A stretch of DNA of 60,550 bases from a virus (taxonomy: Duplodnaviria > Caudoviricetes). Position numbers and translations under genes: made by a program. The stretch spans positions 1 to 60,550 of IMG/VR virus record IMGVR_UViG_3300042509_001483; one strand, written 5' to 3'. The notes below the pieces were generated by a model that worked only from the letters and a program-made list of their open reading frames with translations, made no database searches and was not told where the DNA came from. Below are positions 55,269 to 60,550 of the stretch, in pieces; position 1 is the first letter of the stretch, and each line of letters starts with the position of its first letter.

Positions 55269-57069
55269 CAAGTTTTATGTCTTTGACTTGGAATCCGATG
55301 GTCTTTATGACAAGGTTACTAAGATCCACTGCATTGTCATTTATGACATCACCGGCCAACAAACTTTTAGTTATGGGCCTGATCGCATTACTGATGCTAT
55401 TGCTCATCTGGCAACCGCTGATGTTTTGATAGGTCACAATATTCTTTTTTTCGACATTCCTGTTCTGCAAAAGTTGCATTCATTTGACTGCAAAGCACGC
55501 ATCATTGACACACTCATTTGCACACGATTGATTTGGCCTAAGGAAAAACTCTATGAACTTGACACGGAACAATATCCGCAGGTTCCACCGAACCAGCGGG
55601 GTGCTGCATCACTTAAGGCCTGGGGATGGAGATTGGCCGATCATAAGATCGACTTCAAAGACTTCTCCGAATATTCTCAGGAGATGTTGGACTACTGTAT
55701 CCAGGACGTTGCGGTTACAACGAAACTTTGGGAGCACATCACCAGGCAAAACTATCCGGAACCTGCGCTTAGGCTTGAGCACGACTTTGCTTTTGCGATT
55801 AACAAGCAAATTAGAGCAGGTGTTCCTTTTGATGTGGATGCAGCTCTTGATCTTGTGGATGATCTCCGAGCAAAAGAAGCACAGCTTGAGCCACAACTAA
55901 AAGAAATCTTTCCACCAATCAAGCACACCACATGGTTTACACCTAAGGTAAACAACGCCAAACGTGGTTACGTCAAAGGAGTTCCATTTGAAAAAGTACG
56001 ATACGAAGAATTCAATCCTGGATCTCGTGACCAAATTGCTGATCGACTCAAGAGCAAGTACGGATGGCAACCAGAAAAATTTACTGAAAAAGGAAATCCA
56101 GTCGTTGATGATGAGGTGCTAGAGCAGTTGCCTTATCCAGAGGCAAAAGCTTTGGCAGAATACATGCTTGTCAAGAAACGGCTTGGTCAGATCACTAATG
56201 GCAACAATGCTTGGCTCAAGTTGGTTAATCATGACAGCGGTCGCATGCACGGTGACGTTGTTACTAATGGTTGTATCACTGGGCGTTGTTCTCACCGATA
56301 CCCAAATATGGGTCAGGTGCCAGCAGGTTATTCGCCGTACGGTAAAGAATGCCGTGCATTATTTCATGCACCGCAAGGGTGGGACATGATTGGTATTGAT
56401 GCCAAAGCATTGGAGCTACGTTGTCTTGCAGGGTACCTTGCTTATTGGGACCAGGGGGAATATGCGCGTGTGGTTACAAATCCTGAGATTGATATCCATG
56501 TCTACAACCAAGAAAGGTTTGGTGTAGCAACACGGGACATTAGTAAGCGTTTGCTTTATGCTGTACTGTATGGTGCCGGCCACCTAAAGGCCGGTACTAT
56601 TATTAACCCGAATGAAAAAAATGAAGAAGTTCTTCGTCAACTAGGAAGAACTGCAATCAATTCATTCATGAACGGGGTGCCAGCTCTTAAATCACTTAAG
56701 GAAAAGATTGATGAAAACATTGGATCCAGGGGTTATCTCATTGGCCTTGATCGTCGTATTTTATATTGTCGCTCAGCGTTCAAAGGATTGAATGTATTAC
56801 TGCAATCAGCAGGTGCAATTCTGATGAAGCAAGTTGTTATTAACATTCACAACAACATTGAACAAAACCTTGGCTTGACCCACGGCAAAGACTGGGAACA
56901 GGTCTTGATGGTGCACGACGAAGTACAGCTTGTCTGTAATCCTCGATACACAGAACGCATCCGTGACCAAGCCATGGCAGCTTTCCCGCAAGCTCAGAAA
57001 TTCTTTGGGTTCCAATGCGAAATTGATGGCGACTCTCGTGTAGGATCCTCATGGGCTGAAACGCACTGA
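55246..57069 (+). CDS. polA: T7-type family A DNA polymerase with 3'-5' exonuclease
   Basis: FDLESDG, GHNILFFD, YCIQDV, DAKALELR, RDISKRLLYAVLYG (Tyr at the 762-equivalent position), VHDE. Confidence 0.96.
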   Translation: MKPNSASDKFYVFDLESDGLYDKVTKIHCIVIYDITGQQTFSYGPDRITDAIAHLATADVLIGHNILFFDIPVLQKLHSFDCKARIIDTLICTRLIWPKEKLYELDTEQYPQVPPNQRGAASLKAWGWRLADHKIDFKDFSEYSQEMLDYCIQDVAVTTKLWEHITRQNYPEPALRLEHDFAFAINKQIRAGVPFDVDAALDLVDDLRAKEAQLEPQLKEIFPPIKHTTWFTPKVNNAKRGYVKGVPFEKVRYEEFNPGSRDQIADRLKSKYGWQPEKFTEKGNPVVDDEVLEQLPYPEAKALAEYMLVKKRLGQITNGNNAWLKLVNHDSGRMHGDVVTNGCITGRCSHRYPNMGQVPAGYSPYGKECRALFHAPQGWDMIGIDAKALELRCLAGYLAYWDQGEYARVVTNPEIDIHVYNQERFGVATRDISKRLLYAVLYGAGHLKAGTIINPNEKNEEVLRQLGRTAINSFMNGVPALKSLKEKIDENIGSRGYLIGLDRRILYCRSAFKGLNVLLQSAGAILMKQVVINIHNNIEQNLGLTHGKDWEQVLMVHDEVQLVCNPRYTERIRDQAMAAFPQAQKFFGFQCEIDGDSRVGSSWAETH

Positions 57070-57072
57070 CCT

Positions 57073-57237
57073 ATGGACTTCCTTAACTTCAAACAACCTG
57101 TACTTAATGTTGTTTGTCCTAAGCACGGTAAACATAATCAATATATTGAAAGCACCATTAAAGACCATGAAGGACATTGGTGCATGATCTGTTGGCTTGA
57201 AAGTCTTGGTGATCCATTACCTACGATTGAAGAATAA
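57073..57237 (+). CDS. Small Cys/His protein (54 aa)
   Basis: VCPKHG...HWCMIC. Confidence 0.6.
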   Translation: MDFLNFKQPVLNVVCPKHGKHNQYIESTIKDHEGHWCMICWLESLGDPLPTIEE

Positions 57238-57329
57238 ATCCATCTCCTAATTTGGAGAAAATTAGGAGATGATTAGGAGTTCGTCCTAAGCATGACGTTA
57301 AACTGCTTTAACACAACCCTTTTGATCCG

Positions 57330-58145
57330 ATGAATTACGTTGATGTTTGCGCAATCCTGAACGAGAATCCTCGTCAGGTGTACACCAGTTCAACCACATT
57401 CAACTACTGTGCTGAAGTAACACTTCCGCCGGTTGGCAACAAAGCTCCTACCATCCTTGTCCTCAATGTTTACGGGAAAACCGGAGATGCTTTCAGATCC
57501 CTCAACAAAGGAGACCGTGTGTACATTCACGGCTCCAAGCTACGGTTTGATCTCGAATCAAAGACGTACTCGCTCAATGGAGGAGTTGTTGCTCAAGTTA
57601 CTGAAGCATTCCCTGTCTTCAACGACGTTATCTTGACGGGTCGTTGCATCAAGGACATTGACCAAACAGATGCACGTGCCTTCAAGACAACTGCAGATGG
57701 TTTGATGATTGCCAATCAAACACTGTCAGTTAACACTGGACGCAATCAAGCTGATCTGTTTAACTTTTACGCAATCAACACTGCACAAGATAAGTTCAAT
57801 CAAGCTGAACTTCTTGTGAACATGACGCGTAAAGGCACTGGTCTTACCATTCGTGCCAGGATTGTGACCGATGCCTGGACTGATAAAGAAACCAACCAGC
57901 GCCGTAGCGTTACCAAGCTGCAGCTTGTGCAGATGACACTGGCCCCTAAGACAAGTGAGTCTCAAACAAAACAAGTGACATCCCAAACAACCGTGGCATC
58001 CACGGAGAATGTTGCTAGTCTATGGGGCGGCAAGACCGTTGAGGAGACCAGTGATCCCTGGAATGCAGGCCCCAACACTGGGCTGCCTGATCTCCCCGGT
58101 CAGTACGGCAACGCACCTGAATTCAACGACGAACCCCCATTTTGA
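57330..58145 (+). CDS. ssb: Single-stranded DNA-binding protein, probably two OB folds
   Basis: LNKGDRVYIHG; NDVILTGR...KGTGLTI...DAWTDKETNQRRS; acidic C-terminus NDEPPF. Confidence 0.8.
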   Translation: MNYVDVCAILNENPRQVYTSSTTFNYCAEVTLPPVGNKAPTILVLNVYGKTGDAFRSLNKGDRVYIHGSKLRFDLESKTYSLNGGVVAQVTEAFPVFNDVILTGRCIKDIDQTDARAFKTTADGLMIANQTLSVNTGRNQADLFNFYAINTAQDKFNQAELLVNMTRKGTGLTIRARIVTDAWTDKETNQRRSVTKLQLVQMTLAPKTSESQTKQVTSQTTVASTENVASLWGGKTVEETSDPWNAGPNTGLPDLPGQYGNAPEFNDEPPF

Positions 58146-58399
58146 TGTCAACTCAACCCGAAGATCAATTTACTCTTCTCTATGAGGACGGTAAACGAAA
58201 GGTGCTGCATGAGTTCCAGTGCATTGGTACGGATGAAATTGTTGATGAGTTCATTAACTTCATGCGTGGTGTTGGCCATCTTGAACTGAACATCATCGAG
58301 CGCATGCACGAAATCTCAAAACAGTATCTTGAACTTTATAACTCAAACAAAGAAATGTTTCTTGAGCTTCAACAAGAAGAACTCAACGTAATAGAGTAA
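58142..58399 (+). CDS. Hypothetical protein
   Basis: EF....DEIVDEFINFMRGVG. Confidence 0.6.
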   Translation: MMSTQPEDQFTLLYEDGKRKVLHEFQCIGTDEIVDEFINFMRGVGHLELNIIERMHEISKQYLELYNSNKEMFLELQQEELNVIE

Positions 58400-58453
58400 C
58401 TTCTCGTCCTCTGGTATGACGTTAAACTGCCTGTCTTTAACTACGAAACAATC

Positions 58454-59557
58454 ATGCTTACAGCTCCGACTGACATGATGAGTGAATCCTGGATGGATGA
58501 ACTCGAAGCTGAAACAACCTCTGCCCCTTCTCTGAAAACACCTAACAAAATGACCGCCAACAAAACCTCTGCACTTGCAACACGTGGACTGGATTCCTTC
58601 AAACTTTTTCAAGATAAAAAGTTTGTGTCCGGATACCAGAATCTCGTTACCATCCAACCTCTCAACAAATCAAAGATCCGAGGTTGGTTCGTGCGGAAGT
58701 CAGACCTTGACACTTGTGGATGGAACGCCACTGAAGATCAATTTGCTAAGGGTTCAGTTATCTGGGACTACAAGCAAACTTTTGGTATGGCTCCCAACAC
58801 TTCAATTGAAGAAGGACTCAATTTCACTGAGCCTCGTTTGCAGATCCTTCTACGTTCTCCCCTTATGGTTGAGGAAACCACAGGGATGAGGCAGACGATC
58901 GGGACCTTTGAGGATCCTGATGTCAAGGCTGCATTTGATAACGACAAGCTAGCCGCTGATCTTGCCAATAGCAAAGGTGAGATGTACAAGCGTAAGTACA
59001 GTGTACGTACAAAGTACCTGGTCTATGTCCTGACCGAGGACAACAAGCGTGCTCATAAGATCCCGATGGTGCTCACACTCAAAGGTCTTAACGGTACTGA
59101 TGTCAGCGACAAAGTCAAGCTGTACGAAAAGGAGATGTCCAAATGCTTGAGCAAAGCGCTGGACTCTGAGGTACCTCTGGCATTCAACGAGAAGTTCTAT
59201 GCCACCACTGTGTTTGTACCCGTGCTTGCCAACGAGATGCGAGGTGCTAACAACGTAGAGATCTGTGCAATTGAATCGTTTGAGATTCCTGATTACAGCT
59301 CTCAAGATGAAGCGATTATTTCGCTTAATCGCCTCAGCATCCCTGATGAAGATCGTGAATCAACCTGGAAGTATCAGGACATGTTCAGTGATTACATCAA
59401 TCAACATGCACGGCAAGACGCACAAAAGCTTGGCGGTGCATACGGAATCAAAGAAGGAGTTGAGATCCTTCCTGTCTCTCGGACCACGGACACAGTTGAT
59501 GTGAAGGCATTGCCTGCCCGTGATCCGCTGACTGGTGAGGATGCAGACCTGATGTGA
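58454..59557 (+). CDS. Hypothetical replication-module protein (possibly DUF5895-like)
   Basis: PRLQILLRSPL...KYLVYVL..DN..AH.IP.VLTLKG; adjacent to ssb. Confidence 0.5.
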   Translation: MLTAPTDMMSESWMDELEAETTSAPSLKTPNKMTANKTSALATRGLDSFKLFQDKKFVSGYQNLVTIQPLNKSKIRGWFVRKSDLDTCGWNATEDQFAKGSVIWDYKQTFGMAPNTSIEEGLNFTEPRLQILLRSPLMVEETTGMRQTIGTFEDPDVKAAFDNDKLAADLANSKGEMYKRKYSVRTKYLVYVLTEDNKRAHKIPMVLTLKGLNGTDVSDKVKLYEKEMSKCLSKALDSEVPLAFNEKFYATTVFVPVLANEMRGANNVEICAIESFEIPDYSSQDEAIISLNRLSIPDEDRESTWKYQDMFSDYINQHARQDAQKLGGAYGIKEGVEILPVSRTTDTVDVKALPARDPLTGEDADLM

Positions 59558-59785
59558 TTAGTCTTTGACTGCAGGGAGCTTGTGTGAGTAATTCTCTTGC
59601 ATAAGCTCCATAGCATCAGCTACTAATCCTTTGATTGCAATCTGACGCTGCGTGGCAATCTTCGTTAGTAAGGTTGCCATTTCTTTTAGCTCACTCATAG
59701 AGTTGCAATCATTGATGCTACGTATCATCTTTTCTTGCCAGAACATATCCTCTGGCGACATTTCAAATTTCAACATGTTATTCAA
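59558..59785 (-). CDS. Second NblA-like small helical protein
   Basis: FEMSPEDMFWQEKMIRSINDCNSMSELKEMATLLTKIATQRQIAIKGLV; two-helix pattern with the conserved E..F spacing. Confidence 0.45.
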   Translation of the reverse strand: MNNMLKFEMSPEDMFWQEKMIRSINDCNSMSELKEMATLLTKIATQRQIAIKGLVADAMELMQENYSHKLPAVKD

Positions 59786-59855
59786 TTGGTTGAGTTTATT
59801 CTACGCCTTCATTTAAACTTGATTTGATTCCACTGAATGTGTTAAGGATTACCAA

Positions 59856-60059
59856 ATGAAACCTGAAGACAAAGCTGCACTCAAGGTTGGTGCTGCCACT
59901 GCCATAGTGGTTGGTACTATTGCGTTTTGCGTACCAAACCCCGCTGCTTGGGCCGCTGTGATCTGGGGATCGTATAGGATGGGTAAGCAAGCCAGAGATC
60001 GAGAGATCGAACGGCAAGCCAGGGATCGCTGGTCTTCTGACCAAAATCACTTCATCTAA
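59856..60059 (+). CDS. Small membrane protein
   Basis: ORF track; hydrophobic core. Confidence 0.55.
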   Translation: MKPEDKAALKVGAATAIVVGTIAFCVPNPAAWAAVIWGSYRMGKQARDREIERQARDRWSSDQNHFI

Positions 60060-60062
60060 CTC

Positions 60063-60227
60063 ATGCTGAAACTATTTCAACTTTTGTTAGTTGGTCATGT
60101 ACACAAATGGAAGATCATCAAAGAAAGTAAATTTGAGTATGAAGGTGACTTCACTAGCTACACCTGCACTCGTTACCATCTTCAATGTCAGGTATGTGGT
60201 GATGTAAAAGTACGCGACATGCGCTGA
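60063..60227 (+). CDS. Small Cys/His protein (54 aa)
   Basis: GHVHKWKII...LQCQVCG. Confidence 0.55.
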   Translation: MLKLFQLLLVGHVHKWKIIKESKFEYEGDFTSYTCTRYHLQCQVCGDVKVRDMR

Positions 60228-60252
60228 CAACTTATTCAATTCAACTCAACTC

Positions 60253-60550
60253 ATGACAACTCAACTTCAGCAACAAGAACTTAACGCTGCTCAGTCTCTG
60301 ATCTACACACGTACTAACATCAGTCGTGCGTTCCAGGATTTTGATGACACCGAAATTGCTGGCATTTATTTGCGAGATGACAATTGTCTCGTGGTGCGTC
60401 GTGATGGTAGTGAGCAAACTTATCCACGGGAGCTGATCAAACTAGCCTTTACTAACTACACCCACCGTCTCAAAGATTTCTTTTCTTACCTTGGTCCTAA
60501 TTATCGTGGCCCTAGTGTATGGCACAACAATGCTTACGTATTGTTTAAGG
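60253..60550 (+). CDS. Hypothetical protein, truncated by the window edge
   Basis: TCAACTCAACTC leader; MTTQLQQQELN... open to the end. Confidence 0.6.
   Translation, partial: MTTQLQQQELNAAQSLIYTRTNISRAFQDFDDTEIAGIYLRDDNCLVVRRDGSEQTYPRELIKLAFTNYTHRLKDFFSYLGPNYRGPSVWHNNAYVLFK

Larger units (their letters stand above)
40125..58431 (+). repeat. Family P: dispersed H-type pseudoknot elements at 40125-40149, 47163-47189, 54161-54187, 57282-57308 and 58405-58431
   Basis: CGTC-loop-GACG-YTAAAC then a segment complementary to the loop: GGACA/TGTCC, GGGTA/TGCCT, AAGCA/TGCTT, GGTA/TGCC, GCTG/CAGC. Confidence 0.85.

Overview
A 60.5 kb piece of a lytic tailed dsDNA phage that very probably infects a phycobilisome-bearing (freshwater Synechococcus/Cyanobium-like) cyanobacterium. 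Host cues are two NblA-like genes, a DUF4278 gene with an NtcA-like box, a cyanobacterial-type dcd and an intron resembling the trnL(UAA) one. The left arm (1-39050, mostly minus strand) holds virion and lysis genes: tail fibres, endolysin, capsid, scaffold, portal, terminase and putative internal proteins, with no tape measure or sheath seen (podovirus-like). The right arm (39170-60550, plus strand) holds small early genes, tRNA-Leu(UAA), intein-split thyX, T7-type PolA and SSB; no RNA polymerase is seen in the window. Highlights: (1) many early genes are preceded by one of four families of repeated, covarying RNA structures and then an SD-less CAACT-rich leader; (2) a group I intron interrupts the major capsid gene after codon 4 and carries its HNH gene on the antisense strand inside the P1 loop; (3) an HNH intein sits in ThyX; (4) there is a circularly permuted M23 peptidase, an alpha-CTD mimic, a Dam-like protein lacking NPPY, and long dual-coded overlaps. 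All family calls come from motif recognition by eye; no searches were run.
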